64,000 bases of DNA from Myxococcales bacterium. Lineage in GTDB: Bacteria > Myxococcota_A > Polyangia > Polyangiales > DASUME01. Shown piece by piece: positions 51,001 to 61,115 of this stretch (its first letter is position 1; each line of letters begins with the position of its first letter). The notes below the pieces were generated by a model. That model had not been told where the DNA came from and ran no database searches. It was given only the letters and a program-made list of their open reading frames with translations. The position numbers were made by a program, and so were the translations under genes. The stretch lies in NCBI GenBank assembly GCA_047601445.1, contig JASGJH010000001.1, forward strand, positions 800,001-864,000, given 5' to 3'.

Positions 51001-52571
51001 CCAGAGCCGTCGAGCGTGCCCCGAAGCGTCTCGGGCGTGAGCTCGGCTTGCGCTCGCAGGGAGTCGAGCCGGATGTCGCCGGCCGTGACGCCGCCGAGCG
51101 CGAGCGTGAGCGTGCCTTGCGGGCGCCGCGTGGTGCCACCGACGCTGCTGTCGAGGGCCAACGTACTGAGCTTCTTGTCGGCGAACCCAAGCTCCGTGCC
51201 CCGCAGCTGAACCTGTCCGCGCAAACGCTCGTCGGCTTCGAGCGCGGCCTCGATGGTGCCGTTGAGGTGGCCGGTGAGCTGCTGCGCGCGCAGCGCGGCG
51301 ATGGAGTCGAGCTGGAATCCAACGAGCACCAGCTTGCCCTGGGCTCGATTGCTGTCGGTGTCGTAGCGTCCGCGCAACGAGAGTTTCGACTCGAGTCCAG
51401 CTAGCGACAGGGACTCCACGCGCACCGCCGGCAGCTCGAGCACCACCTGGGTGGAGCCATTCGGGACGGTTCGTGCGTCGACCTCCACGGCTTCCCAAGC
51501 GAGCGTGATCGGGACGGCCGATTTGGAGTAGTCGGCCTGGGCACGCAAGGTCCCCTGGACGTGCAGGTCAGGCAGGGAGGGGCTCACCGCAGACAGTTGC
51601 AGAGGCTCGATCTGGAGCTCGGCCTCGGCTCCCGTGAGGCTCGCTGTGGTGCGTAGCGTGACGCTGCCTTCGCGAGTGGACAGCCGTGCCTCGAGCTGCA
51701 CGTCCTCGCCGAGGCTCTTGGCGTGCGCATGGAGCGTGAACGGGGTCCGCAGGTCGAAGCCCTCACTCACGCCGAGCCGCTCGAGCGCCTGGTGACCCAC
51801 GCCGCTCAGGTTCACGTCGAGCTCTTCGATGGGCCATGGCGACCCTTCGAGCGGACCAAACCTGCCCTCCAGCGAAAGCGGCGCGCCGGCCACGGCTCCA
51901 CCCAAGGAGACCGCACCCCCGTGCGCGGCAGTCCACGTACCCTTGGGCGCATGCAGACGCAGGAGCTCGGCGTCGTTTGCCGTTACGTGGAGCTTGGCCT
52001 GGTTGAGTACGGCGCGCGGATGGGCGCTCCAGGTGCCGCCGCCCTCCAAGACGTCGATGCTGGCGGCGATACGCCGACCCGACCAGGGCGTCTCGAGCTG
52101 CGTGTCGAGGACGCGCAGGAGATCCACGTGCACCACGAAGCTGCTTGGCCCCTGGTCCGGTTCCTCGGGTTCCGACGGTTGCGCGAGTAGGGCTTCGAGA
52201 TCGTAACGAGCGCGGACGTGGGCGAGGCGAGCGCTCGTGACATGGAGCGTCTGATGCAGCAGCTCCAGGGGAGACAGGCGCAGCGAGAGCTCCGCGATGG
52301 ATCCGAGATCCTTCTGCTGTGGATCGGTCACGTGGACGCCGTGGAGCTCGATGGCCCACGGGTCGAGCCGGTCCACTCGCGCGATCTCCACCTTGTAGCC
52401 GAAGCTGCGCTGCACGTAGCCGAGCGCATGGTCCACCACGGCCGTGCGCGCGGGCGGCACCGCTAACGCGATGAACGCCACTATCAACACCACCGCGACG
52501 AGCGCCAGCGGCACCCCGAGCAGCCAGCTCAGGACCCGCACGACGCGCCCACGCGAGGTTCCGCGCACCAT
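48042..52571 (-). CDS. tamB: Translocation/assembly module TamB-family protein
   Basis: N-terminal TM, ~1500 aa of beta-rich repeats, C-terminal GKTFKIQKGTIHFTG..DPDLNLKA; coupled to the Omp85 gene. Confidence 0.85.
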   Translation of the reverse strand: MVRGTSRGRVVRVLSWLLGVPLALVAVVLIVAFIALAVPPARTAVVDHALGYVQRSFGYKVEIARVDRLDPWAIELHGVHVTDPQQKDLGSIAELSLRLSPLELLHQTLHVTSARLAHVRARYDLEALLAQPSEPEEPDQGPSSFVVHVDLLRVLDTQLETPWSGRRIAASIDVLEGGGTWSAHPRAVLNQAKLHVTANDAELLRLHAPKGTWTAAHGGAVSLGGAVAGAPLSLEGRFGPLEGSPWPIEELDVNLSGVGHQALERLGVSEGFDLRTPFTLHAHAKSLGEDVQLEARLSTREGSVTLRTTASLTGAEAELQIEPLQLSAVSPSLPDLHVQGTLRAQADYSKSAVPITLAWEAVEVDARTVPNGSTQVVLELPAVRVESLSLAGLESKLSLRGRYDTDSNRAQGKLVLVGFQLDSIAALRAQQLTGHLNGTIEAALEADERLRGQVQLRGTELGFADKKLSTLALDSSVGGTTRRPQGTLTLALGGVTAGDIRLDSLRAQAELTPETLRGTLDGSGMQASVHSEIQGAREHNGDFTLAARGQAHALERDLTFELRNLRLGRQETRLEQLAIQTREQSVLARGSYRAAGSFEADAELHAVDLATWGSLLGKPQLRGKLDGTLKASGSVAKPEGTLHLAVAKLSVMGEPEADAALDARADLAHGQVGASVSLRSASDGSNVRLAAELNSASKSRELVQAFKQGSFQVDGNAHLPAGRLLMLGDERISALSGNIDVDLHGQGTLKEPHVALRVAANLKLPAKPTSKPERLEARLQLEPSQANLVLELDDDQGRLAQARLATNFAGGSLEAALAQPESFKTPQFDLDVQLEERRLDTMQGVYGYLASAYKLNVPVRLGAKLALKSDGQNFDGDAAVRLVVFGDKIDQSCVAGSSSRIDLDAQLRQGQVQLGVQSQGDAAGQLRAEVKAHVDVGALLQGKSEEFERVNATLQAKQLDLSKLPGLCALKSGKADVNLALALFGAHPLELSSSIDVTQLRGQRGAAFGSHLELRTLSQGTGLQAALNGDLRVDGKPNGQLEASLPLSGDLHAIPTVAKDAPVRARIRFSQLPLGGPMSSVQALGQVAGTASADLTVTGRLDDPQPKGFLELHEVGFSIASLAQPVRHLNGRIEVDGRELTIKQITAKDGEGDIRLTGGAKLDEKGSGNGRIHITAERFPMRQEGTVVGELTLDTEVGAQIKELAELSVEVDINRGRLWLTGEQGRDVQQLDPNPDIVFEDAPPEIQAEAAGGEPGSSSLVLKSLTIKSHRDMWVMHTDFSVQVALDLALLEEKEGAVMRGDAQITRGELQILGKTFKIQKGTIHFTGDVPPDPDLNLKATYQPPSSQPLNVQVTGLASAPVLTFTGAATNMGEAVSILSGVGRAKASNSSSAQQDVSNFATTLTAGLLSVAARRKFGDWVPTLGVETNASGQVNGARAGFDASDVIPKFMRGFARGAYVEGIVGGSSQSQGGSVGVGVRLDLSLPNDFVTSMGYGPGTRWSADLLWAP

Positions 52572-54724
52572 CAGAAGGCCTCCCCGATGGTGAGCGCGAT
52601 GGCGCCGTTGAACTTCATGAAGCCGAGGTTGGTCGGTGGCGGCACCTCGTCGGCGGGCACGTGTCCCTGTAAGTTCTTGGGGCGGACGCCCACGTCGAGT
52701 CGCAGCGGGCCGATCAAGGTGCGGTAGCGCAAGCCGGCGCCGACGGCGGTGTTCATGTTGTCGAAGCGAAAGCGCGGCGCAGCGTTCACGTCGCCCATGT
52801 CGCTGAAGAACACGATGGAGAAGCTCTTGGCCAATGGCACGCGTAGCTCGAGCGAGGCCTCCCAGCGCCGGATGCCGCCGTCGATGCCGGCGCCCAGCTG
52901 GCCGGGGTTGAAGCCGCGGTTGCTATTGGCGCCGCCGCCGCGCAGGCGATAGGGGACGGGGCCGCGCTGTTGGGACTGCGTGTCCAGCTGGGGCGAGAAG
53001 CTGAAGATATGGGTAGACCCGAGTGCAAAACGTCCGGCTAGCACGATGCCCAGACCGAGCGGCGCGTAGCCCCGCGCGTCCGGGTACAGGCGCACGTAGT
53101 TCCAGGAGCGATCGAAGATCTTGACCGCCTCTTGCATGTTGAAGCCGAAGTAAGCCCCCTTGCTGGGGTTGACGGGATCATCGCGCAAGTCGAGCGTGAG
53201 CTGCTCCTCGAAGAACGACAGCAAGTAGCTCTTGGGAATGATCGAGCCGTCCATCAGCTCCTCGGGCGTGGCCTGCTGGATCTCTTGCTTGAGCACGTAC
53301 TGCTTCTTGAGCTTGTCCACGTGCAGGATGTCCTGGTGCACGGCCAGACGGATGTTGAGGCGCTGCTCGAAGAAGCCGCGTGTGAGGCCCACGGCGAGCC
53401 CGACGTTGTCGCGGAAGAAGAGCATGAACGGATCGGGCCCATGATCCCACGAGGTCTCCACGAAGAGCGTGGTGCGCGCTTCGATCACGCCCGGCTGCGA
53501 GAAGTTGCCCGTGATCAGGTTGCCGAAGCGCGGGCTATTGGAGGGCACCTGCGGGAACTGGCCCAGGAACAACAAGCGCGGACGCTCCTCGAGCCGCAGT
53601 CGCCGGAGTCCCCCGAAGAAGTTGCGGTGCTCGTAGGTGGCCGACAGGTGAAGATCCCACTGCGGCACACTGATGGTCTCGAGCGCCGGACCCGCCAGCA
53701 CACCCGACATGATGCCGCCTCCCAGGAGCACCTCCTGGGTGCGGCGCGGCTCGAGCTGGATCTTCACGTCCACCTGATCCGACGGGGCCTCGACGTCGCC
53801 GCTCACCACCACCGCGCTGAAGGCGCCGAGCGCATAGATTGCGCGCTGAGCGTCCTCGATGTCGCTCTCGTGGTAGCGCTGGCCGCGCTTGAGGCCGTGC
53901 ACCGCTTCGATCACCGGCATGGGCACCGGGGAGCTGCTGGTGATCCGGATCTCGCCGATTTCGCAGACCGGTCCAGGCGTGACGTCGAAGTGCACCTTGG
54001 CGCTGAGCAAGCCGCGGTGGATGCGTACTTTGCCCTCGATCTTGGCCTTGGCGTAGCCCTCCTCGCGCAGCGCGAGCGCCATCGCGTCGCGGGCAGCTGC
54101 GTACTGGGCCTCGTCGAAGACGGCCCCCACCGTGAGCTTCTCGCCCAGCGCCTCACGCAGGTTGGCGCGCAGTGTGGGGGCGAGGTTCTGGTCGCCGTCG
54201 AGGTCGATGCTCTGGATGCGCACCGGAGAGCCCTCTTCGACCTTGATGTCCACTGAGAGCTTGCAGTCATCGCCACTGCATACGTCGGTATCCTCGGCTG
54301 CCTGGGGCCTGAGGTCCACCTCGAGCACGCGGGCTCCGTAGTAGCCGCGGGCCTGGTACCAGCGCTCCACGCGCTTGAGGTCGAGCCGCAGTACCGCCTC
54401 GTCGTAGACCGGCCACGTGGTCCAGAACCACGCGAACATGCGCCAGGAGAAACGTCGCTTGTCGAATGGGGGTTGGCCGCACTGGGGTTGGCCGAGCGCG
54501 CCGAGACCGAGCTCGAGCTTCTCACGCTCCCGCGTGACCATGCAGGGCAAGATGGCCTCGGGGACAAGCTGCTGGGTCCCGCTGATGGTGACCTTCTCGA
54601 TGCCGTAGCGCTGCTTGGGCACCGAGGCGCAGGCCGCGCTCAGCAGCAGCAAGAACAGGCCAGCGCAGGACCAGGGCCACGAGCGAGGATGAATTCGCAC
54701 GCGAGCCGGGAAACCGGAGGCCAT
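52571..54724 (-). CDS. tamA: TamA/BamA (Omp85) family outer-membrane protein
   Basis: POTRA-like repeats (DLKRVERWYQARGYY), GGGANSNRGF, GAGLRYRTLIGPLRLDVG, terminal IGEAF. Confidence 0.88.
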   Translation of the reverse strand: MASGFPARVRIHPRSWPWSCAGLFLLLLSAACASVPKQRYGIEKVTISGTQQLVPEAILPCMVTREREKLELGLGALGQPQCGQPPFDKRRFSWRMFAWFWTTWPVYDEAVLRLDLKRVERWYQARGYYGARVLEVDLRPQAAEDTDVCSGDDCKLSVDIKVEEGSPVRIQSIDLDGDQNLAPTLRANLREALGEKLTVGAVFDEAQYAAARDAMALALREEGYAKAKIEGKVRIHRGLLSAKVHFDVTPGPVCEIGEIRITSSSPVPMPVIEAVHGLKRGQRYHESDIEDAQRAIYALGAFSAVVVSGDVEAPSDQVDVKIQLEPRRTQEVLLGGGIMSGVLAGPALETISVPQWDLHLSATYEHRNFFGGLRRLRLEERPRLLFLGQFPQVPSNSPRFGNLITGNFSQPGVIEARTTLFVETSWDHGPDPFMLFFRDNVGLAVGLTRGFFEQRLNIRLAVHQDILHVDKLKKQYVLKQEIQQATPEELMDGSIIPKSYLLSFFEEQLTLDLRDDPVNPSKGAYFGFNMQEAVKIFDRSWNYVRLYPDARGYAPLGLGIVLAGRFALGSTHIFSFSPQLDTQSQQRGPVPYRLRGGGANSNRGFNPGQLGAGIDGGIRRWEASLELRVPLAKSFSIVFFSDMGDVNAAPRFRFDNMNTAVGAGLRYRTLIGPLRLDVGVRPKNLQGHVPADEVPPPTNLGFMKFNGAIALTIGEAF

Positions 54725-54792
54725 GTCCAGTCGTGCCACGGATGGGGGCTTAGGCCAATAGGGCCCTATGCTGGGGACGAGGCCGGCCTGAG

Positions 54793-55611
54793 TCAGCCTC
54801 CGTGCCGTGCGATGAAGTCGTGGATGAGCCACTGCGAGATGCTCAGCCGCCCAGGGAACATCTTGGGCAAGTCTTGCACGCGGAAGAACGCTGCCTGCTC
54901 GATCTCTTCGCCGTCGATGACGATGTCGCCTGCGCGATAACGGGCGTGGAAGCCGAGCATCAAAGAGTTGGGGAAGGGCCAGGGCTGGCTGCCGAAATAG
55001 CGGATTTCATCGATCTCGATGCCGACCTCTTCGCGGACCTCACGGGCCACGGCCTCTTCCACGCTCTCGCCGGGATCCACGAAGCCGGCCAGGGCGCTGA
55101 AGATGCCCGGGGGAAAGTGTGGCGAACGTGCGAGTAAGATCTCGGGACCGCGCTCGACTGCCACAATCATGGCGGGCGAGATGCGCGGAAAGAACTCGAG
55201 CTTGCAGCGCACGCAGCTGCGGGCTCGCTGCTTGGCATGGGGGACGGTGGGCTCCCCGCAGGCGCCGCAGAACTGATGCGTGCGATCCCATTCGACGATC
55301 TGGGAGGCGCGCCCGACCAGCATCATCCAGTCGTCGGCCAGACGCCCGAACAGCGAGCGGATCGTGTGAAATTGCGTCTCGCGCGGTGGCTCGGTGCCCG
55401 GCGCGAGCTCCGCCGAGAAGCAAGCGACCCCGTCGAGCTCACCGAGATACTGGCTGCGCAGCGGAGCCAGGCCGACCACCTCGAGTGCCTCGCACTCGAG
55501 CACCTGAAGCCCGGTGTCGAGCAAGAGCTCCTGGCCGCGAAACGCGAACCAATAGCCACGCCGCGGGGCCGAGCGGACCAAGGGGGACGGAACGAAGCGA
55601 CGCTGCCGCAT
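54793..55611 (-). CDS. nudC: NAD(H) pyrophosphatase NudC
   Basis: FCGACG/CVRC Zn ribbon, Nudix box GESVEEAVAREVREEVG, SQPWPFPNS. Confidence 0.95.
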   Translation of the reverse strand: MRQRRFVPSPLVRSAPRRGYWFAFRGQELLLDTGLQVLECEALEVVGLAPLRSQYLGELDGVACFSAELAPGTEPPRETQFHTIRSLFGRLADDWMMLVGRASQIVEWDRTHQFCGACGEPTVPHAKQRARSCVRCKLEFFPRISPAMIVAVERGPEILLARSPHFPPGIFSALAGFVDPGESVEEAVAREVREEVGIEIDEIRYFGSQPWPFPNSLMLGFHARYRAGDIVIDGEEIEQAAFFRVQDLPKMFPGRLSISQWLIHDFIARHGG

Positions 55612-55713
55612 GGCCGAAATCTAGCAGTCGAACCCCGCTCCGTGAGACGGCTCGCGTGGACTTCACCCCGCTGGGCTAGCGATAGGACCTTGGCGCTCGT
55701 GCGCTCTCGCGGC

Positions 55714-57531
55714 TCACTCACACCCGTCATCGAGCGCGAATGCCTCCACGTGGCCCGGGCCCTTGTTGCCATCGACGCAGCTCGCCACGAACACCTGGTC
55801 GTCGATCAAGAGCGGCTGCGCGAAGCGTTGCCCCGGTCCCTCCAGCGCAACCTTGGCGGCCAGCGCACCGTCGCTCACCCGCACGAGCCAGAGGTGCCCG
55901 CGCTTTTCGGCGTCCTTTTGGTCCACCACCAGGGCGTATTCGGTGCCCGCGAACTGCACGAGGCGCACGCGGCTGGCGTGGGCCCGAAAGCTGCTGCGCG
56001 CCGCTGCGTCCTCGGGAGCGGGTGTTTGCCACGCCTTCTCGAGCTTCGGTCGACCGTCGCGCATGACGATGCGCACGCCAAACAGTCCGGCGGGATGCAC
56101 GTCGTCGAACTCGAAGCTGCCGACCACCGCGAAGGGTTGGCCTGCCACGCTCGTGATCTCGGGGCGCGTGACCATGGAGCCTGCCCAGTCGGCCGTGCAG
56201 CGCGCGCCGTCCGTGCCACAGCCGGCCACGAGCTCGAGCCGATCGTAGAGCGTGCCCATGTGATCGTGGTCGAACAGGTAGAGATGCCCGTCCTTGGCTG
56301 GCAGCAGCAGCGCGCGCGGGCCGCCCGGGAGCTCCACCACGGCCGGCGCATTGGCGCCGAGGTCGAGGTCGTGGGCGGCATAGCAAGCGAAGAACGACAG
56401 GCCTTCGCAGTTGGGCTGATCGAGCGGTGGATCGCCGGGCAAAAGGCGCGGAATGAAGAGGTCGCGACAGGACTCCATGCAAGCGGAAGAAGGCGAGAGT
56501 GCATCCCAGCTGGCGCACGCGCTCGGGTCGCAGCCGTCGTCGAAGCTCAGCCCGGGCAGCGCGACCCGCATGATGGTGTGGGCGTAGTCGTGTCGGTTCA
56601 TGTCGAGGGCACCGTTGCCCGTGGGCACCAGCAGGTGGTGCTCGCCGCTCGGACTCGATATCAGCTCCGGTCCTGCCGGCGCCCAGATACCGGCGCCGCA
56701 GTTCATCTCGCGTGAACCCGATTCGCCATCGGGCTCGCAGTGGGTTTCGGGCGAGGTCAGCAGCAGCGAGCTGATGGCGGCCGCGGTGCCCCGCTGCTTC
56801 CAGGCCTGCAGATCGATCTCGAAGAGCCAGCCGTGCCAGGGCTGGATGTCGCGCGCGTTGCCGAAGGAGAGATACACGAAACCAGGGCCGCCGTCCGCTG
56901 CAGGCAGGTGAACCAGGCGCGAGCGCGAGAGCGCGTTGTTGGCTTCGAAGACCACGCTCTCGGAGCCATCGAACGAAGGGCGCTGCCCGCTCAACGTGAG
57001 GATGGGATAGTCCGGATCGAGCCTGCCCGCGCTCAAGTCGATCACCGCCACGCGGTGGGCGCTGCGGGGCGCCGTAGCGGGGTCGGTGCCGGTGATCGCG
57101 ATGTCTTGCCAGGTGAGCACCAGGCGGTCTCCCACGGTCACCGGGGTCGCCACCACGTAGGCGATTTCGCCCTCGGTTTCAGGCAGCTCCACGTTCCACA
57201 GCAGCGCGCCGCTCGAGGGATCGAGTGCGCTCACACGGCCGTCGCCGCTGCTGGCGATGACGCGCGGTGCAGCCGGGTCCCCGCCTGGCAACAACGACGC
57301 CAGCAAGCAACCTTGAAAGGTCTCGCTGGACCAGCTGTGCACGAGGCGCACCGCCGAGCCGCAATCTGGCCCCGCGTCCATGGCCGGGGTCGGGCCGCCG
57401 TCGGGATCCATGGAGGCATCTGCGGGCGGTAGGCAAGCGCACTGCACCGTACCCGAAGAGGCCGGCGCGTCGGAGCAGGCGCTGGCGGCGCCCAGCAGCG
57501 AGAGCCAAGCCAAGGACTTCGTGAAAGCCAT
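55714..57531 (-). CDS. PQQ-like beta-propeller lipoprotein
   Basis: Lipobox ASAC; ALDPSSGALLW, PWHGWLF, GAGIWAPAG, TGNG, DLDLGA, KDGHLYL. Confidence 0.75.
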   Translation of the reverse strand: MAFTKSLAWLSLLGAASACSDAPASSGTVQCACLPPADASMDPDGGPTPAMDAGPDCGSAVRLVHSWSSETFQGCLLASLLPGGDPAAPRVIASSGDGRVSALDPSSGALLWNVELPETEGEIAYVVATPVTVGDRLVLTWQDIAITGTDPATAPRSAHRVAVIDLSAGRLDPDYPILTLSGQRPSFDGSESVVFEANNALSRSRLVHLPAADGGPGFVYLSFGNARDIQPWHGWLFEIDLQAWKQRGTAAAISSLLLTSPETHCEPDGESGSREMNCGAGIWAPAGPELISSPSGEHHLLVPTGNGALDMNRHDYAHTIMRVALPGLSFDDGCDPSACASWDALSPSSACMESCRDLFIPRLLPGDPPLDQPNCEGLSFFACYAAHDLDLGANAPAVVELPGGPRALLLPAKDGHLYLFDHDHMGTLYDRLELVAGCGTDGARCTADWAGSMVTRPEITSVAGQPFAVVGSFEFDDVHPAGLFGVRIVMRDGRPKLEKAWQTPAPEDAAARSSFRAHASRVRLVQFAGTEYALVVDQKDAEKRGHLWLVRVSDGALAAKVALEGPGQRFAQPLLIDDQVFVASCVDGNKGPGHVEAFALDDGCE

Positions 57532-57633
57532 GGGCCGGGTTCTAACACGTTCGAGACTTGGAACAGCGACGTCACGGAGGGGCCATCGTGCGGCGATAGA
57601 TCGCCGGAACACCCCCATCTGTTCGGAGTCGTG

Positions 57634-59067
57634 ATGTCCCCTCATAACAAGTCTTTTTCACGTCGCAGTGCGCTCAAGGGCACGGCCCTGGTCAGCTTGG
57701 CGCAGATCCTGGGCGCGTGTGACCAGGAGGAGTGGCTGCTCGAGCAGCTGTCCCACGGACACACGGGACACGAAGGCGGACACGGCGACGTGTGGGGCAG
57801 CTACGGCAAGCTGGTGGCGCAGGACGGTGTGATCTCGTTGCCCAAGGGCTTTCGATACGTGGCCTTCGCGGCCGCTGGCTCCAGCATGAGCGACGGCCGC
57901 TCCATGCCCGGCGCCCACGACGGCATGGCGTGCTTCGCGGGCAAGGGCTCGCTGGTGTTCCTGGTGCGGAATCACGAGCTCTCACAAAACGACGTGCCCA
58001 GCGGAGATGCCCGCTTCTACGACGAGCTGGGCGGCGGTGGGGTCACCATCAGCGTGTTCGACACCAAGACCGGTCGCGAAGTGCGGAGCTTTGCAGCCTT
58101 GCTCGGGACCATCGAGAACTGCAACGGCGGCAACAGCCTGCGCGGCGGCTGGCTCACCTGCGAAGAGACCACCGAGGGCCTGGCCGCGGGCTACAGCAAG
58201 CCGCACGGCTACGTCTTCGAGGTGCCGGCGACCAGTCAGGGGCTCATCGAGACGCCGGTTGCGCTCAAGGCCATGGGCCGCTTCGAGCACGAGGCCGCGC
58301 GTCAGGATCCCAAGACAGGTGTGGTGTACATGACCGAAGACAACGGCGACCCGGCTGACGGCTTCTATCGCTTCGTGCCCCACGACAAGTTCGACCTCGC
58401 CCAGGGCGGCGTGCTGCAGGTGCTGGCCATTCAAGGCAAGCCCCAGCACGTGACCTACGAGGGGCAGACCGTGGGCGTCGAGTACAGCACCGAATGGGTC
58501 GACATCGCCGATCCGGACCCCGAGAGCGCAGAGGACGATCCGGGCGCGGTGTTCAAGCAGGGGCTCGCGCTCGGGGCCGCTCAGTTCATGGGACTCGAGG
58601 GCTTGGCCCTGCAGGACGGAGTGGCGTACTTCGTGGCCTCCGAGGCCGGCGACGCCGAGAAGGGGCAGGTCTGGAGCTTCACGCCGCACGGCGAGGGCGG
58701 CAAGCTCAAGCTGCTGTACGAGTCGCGCGACGGCTCGGTGCTGGATCAGCCGGACAACATCACGATTTCCCCCAAGGGCGCGATCATGATGTGCGAGGAC
58801 GGAGACGGCGAAGACATCGACGGCGGTGACAACTGGCTGCGCGTGCTCACCCAGCGTGGTCAGGTCTTCGACTTCGCCCAGAACATCAAGCCCATCGATC
58901 TGCACGAGATCGATGACGAGGACTTCCCGGAGCCCGGCGCGTCCTTCGGCGCCAGTGAGTTCTCGGGCGTCTGCTTTAGCCCCGACGGCAAGTGGATGTT
59001 CCTCAACGTGCAGTACCCCGGGCTGACGCTGGCGATTACGGGGCCCTGGGAGCGCGGGGCGATCTGA
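57634..59067 (+). CDS. PhoX/DUF839-family alkaline phosphatase, Tat-exported
   Basis: SRRSALK Tat motif; HDGMACF, VRNHE, NCNGG, WLTCEE, MGRFEHEA, YMTED, PDNI, SEFSGVCFSPDG. Confidence 0.9.
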   Translation: MSPHNKSFSRRSALKGTALVSLAQILGACDQEEWLLEQLSHGHTGHEGGHGDVWGSYGKLVAQDGVISLPKGFRYVAFAAAGSSMSDGRSMPGAHDGMACFAGKGSLVFLVRNHELSQNDVPSGDARFYDELGGGGVTISVFDTKTGREVRSFAALLGTIENCNGGNSLRGGWLTCEETTEGLAAGYSKPHGYVFEVPATSQGLIETPVALKAMGRFEHEAARQDPKTGVVYMTEDNGDPADGFYRFVPHDKFDLAQGGVLQVLAIQGKPQHVTYEGQTVGVEYSTEWVDIADPDPESAEDDPGAVFKQGLALGAAQFMGLEGLALQDGVAYFVASEAGDAEKGQVWSFTPHGEGGKLKLLYESRDGSVLDQPDNITISPKGAIMMCEDGDGEDIDGGDNWLRVLTQRGQVFDFAQNIKPIDLHEIDDEDFPEPGASFGASEFSGVCFSPDGKWMFLNVQYPGLTLAITGPWERGAI

Positions 59068-59118
59068 GGTAGAGAGGGCCCTGCGCCCGCCCCGTCCCGG
59101 CGCTGCCGGCCGTGAGAG

Positions 59119-59281
59119 TCGCGCACGCGCACGCGCACGCGCACGTCTGACGCACACGAGTAACAGTACGACCACGTGGGCAGTGCCGCAGGCGCTCGCT
59201 GTCGTGTTCTTGGACGTCCCGGTGTCGTCCCCGTCCTCGTGAAACGTAGTCGTGCGCGTGCGCGGCTTCCATGCGGGCACG
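59119..59281. repeat. (GCGCAC)n/(GTGCGC)n inverted-arm intergenic repeat
   Basis: Four GCGCAC units at ~59121-59145 with complementary GTGCGCGTGCGCG at ~59252-59264, between convergent genes. Confidence 0.6.
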
Positions 59282-59305
59282 GAGCGGTGCGCTTCTAGCC
59301 TCTAG

Positions 59306-60910
59306 CTACAGCGCCAACCCCACTCGGAACGAGTACTCATCCAACACGTGAGACCCCTTGGCGGTGCCCGCCTTCACGCCTGGGGACACGGCCTGGTTGT
59401 CGTCCGGTCCGCCCGGGAACTGATATAGCGAGTACTCCGCGGTCAGACGGATGTGCTTGGTGGCCCAGTAGTTGATGCCCGCCTGGAAGGCGTTGACGAA
59501 GATGTTCGTGGTCAGGGCCGAGAGGCCGCTCGGCGTGAGCCCGCTGTGCGAGTTGCCGTCGTAGTGCACGCGCACGAGCTCGCCGCGCAACACGAGCTGG
59601 AGCGCGAAAGGAGCCTCGAGGCCCAGGGTGTCGGGGACCTTGACGAAGCCGTAGGGCGTGGCCGGGTTGCCGTTGATGCGAGGCGTGCCCCAGATCCACC
59701 AGGAGAACTGACCGTAGCCGCTCCAACCCCACAGGTTGCCGCTGCGTATGCCATTGATCCTGTTGGTGTCGGTGACCTCGCGCCGGTCCTCGTTGACGTA
59801 GATGACCTCCGAGCGCAGGTCGAAGCGCTCGAAGGGGAGATAGAATTCGAAGCCAGCCGCGGCCTGCGTGGCGGTGGGCGTGACGTGGATCTTCTCCCCG
59901 TTGGCGGCCGTGTAGTTCGGCGACCAGAACGCGTAGCCGCCCGGTGTACTCAAGGTGGGAGCATCGTACTGCACGAACTTGGAGTCGCGCGAGCCGTAGC
60001 GGCCACCGATGCCCAGGTGGAAGCGCTCGAGCGCGCCGTGGACCACGCCCATGAGCGGCCGATAGACGATGCGACCCATGCCATCCACGCGGTTGTCCAC
60101 GTTGGGACGGTTCATGCCATCGCCGCCGAAGACCCCGATTTGGAACTCGACGGTTTCCTTGGGCGTCTTTCCCCAGGCGGTGAGTCCGTCGGCCTTGTTG
60201 TAGGGTGTGGCCAGGGTGCGAATGCACAGGGCGCGCTCCATCATGTCGAGCCAGCGCGAGCTCGTCACGTTCTCCATCGTGAACGGCGCGTTGTACTGCC
60301 CGAAGAAGACCTTGAGCTCTGGGATCACCTTGTAGCCGACGAAGCCGTCGTAGACATTGGCCGAGCTGAGCGGCGCCTGGTTCTGGTCGACCTGCGTGGG
60401 CGCGAAGTTGCCGCCCATCCAGTAAAACCACTTCTTCCGGATCAGGCCGCCGAACTCGATGATGAAGCGCCGGAAAAACAGGTTGAGCTTGAGGCCAGTC
60501 CCGTTGGATCGGTGATAGTCGGAGACGCCCGGGCCGGAGAAGGCGTAGGTGTCGATGTGCATGCGCCCGGAGGGCACGAACACGATGTTGTCGTTGACCG
60601 AGCGCAGGTAGAACGTGCCGTCCGAGTAATCGAGCCGCGCATGGGGCGGCTCTGCCGGCGGTGCGGGCGGTGCGAGTGGAGGTGGCGGCGCAACGGGAGG
60701 CGGCTCCGCGAGAGGACCCGGCGACGTGGCAGGAGGTGGCGGCGCGTCAGGAACCGGCGCCTCGAGAATCGGCGCCTCTGGAGCCGGTACGACGAGCTGG
60801 ACGTTGGCAGGTTGGGCCGAGGCGTGTCGCGCTGCGAACCCGCTGCCGAGAAACAAGAGGACGGACAGCGCGCCACGGCACGCGGCCCACGATGCACGAC
60901 GATGATGCAC
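59306..60910 (-). CDS. Phosphate-selective porin O/P family protein
   Basis: Signal peptide, Pro-rich linker, FGQYNAPFTMENVTSSRWLDMMER, GINYWATKHIRLTAEY, terminal FRVGLAL; start uncertain. Confidence 0.8.
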   Translation of the reverse strand: MHHRRASWAACRGALSVLLFLGSGFAARHASAQPANVQLVVPAPEAPILEAPVPDAPPPPATSPGPLAEPPPVAPPPPLAPPAPPAEPPHARLDYSDGTFYLRSVNDNIVFVPSGRMHIDTYAFSGPGVSDYHRSNGTGLKLNLFFRRFIIEFGGLIRKKWFYWMGGNFAPTQVDQNQAPLSSANVYDGFVGYKVIPELKVFFGQYNAPFTMENVTSSRWLDMMERALCIRTLATPYNKADGLTAWGKTPKETVEFQIGVFGGDGMNRPNVDNRVDGMGRIVYRPLMGVVHGALERFHLGIGGRYGSRDSKFVQYDAPTLSTPGGYAFWSPNYTAANGEKIHVTPTATQAAAGFEFYLPFERFDLRSEVIYVNEDRREVTDTNRINGIRSGNLWGWSGYGQFSWWIWGTPRINGNPATPYGFVKVPDTLGLEAPFALQLVLRGELVRVHYDGNSHSGLTPSGLSALTTNIFVNAFQAGINYWATKHIRLTAEYSLYQFPGGPDDNQAVSPGVKAGTAKGSHVLDEYSFRVGLAL

Positions 60911-61115
60911 GTTGGCTCTCCCCCGAGGGCCGTCACGTTGCGTGACGCGTCTCGATATTAACTGGCTTGAGCCACGAGCGTGACGCTCGCTACGCGCAAA
61001 AGTGAGATTTGAGTGACGCGCTCGCGCCGAAGGAGCCCCGCAAAAATGGCCAAATTCCAAAGAGGGGACGCATTCGATCGTCGCCATGTCCCGTGCGCGG
61101 TACGCCGACGCTCGA

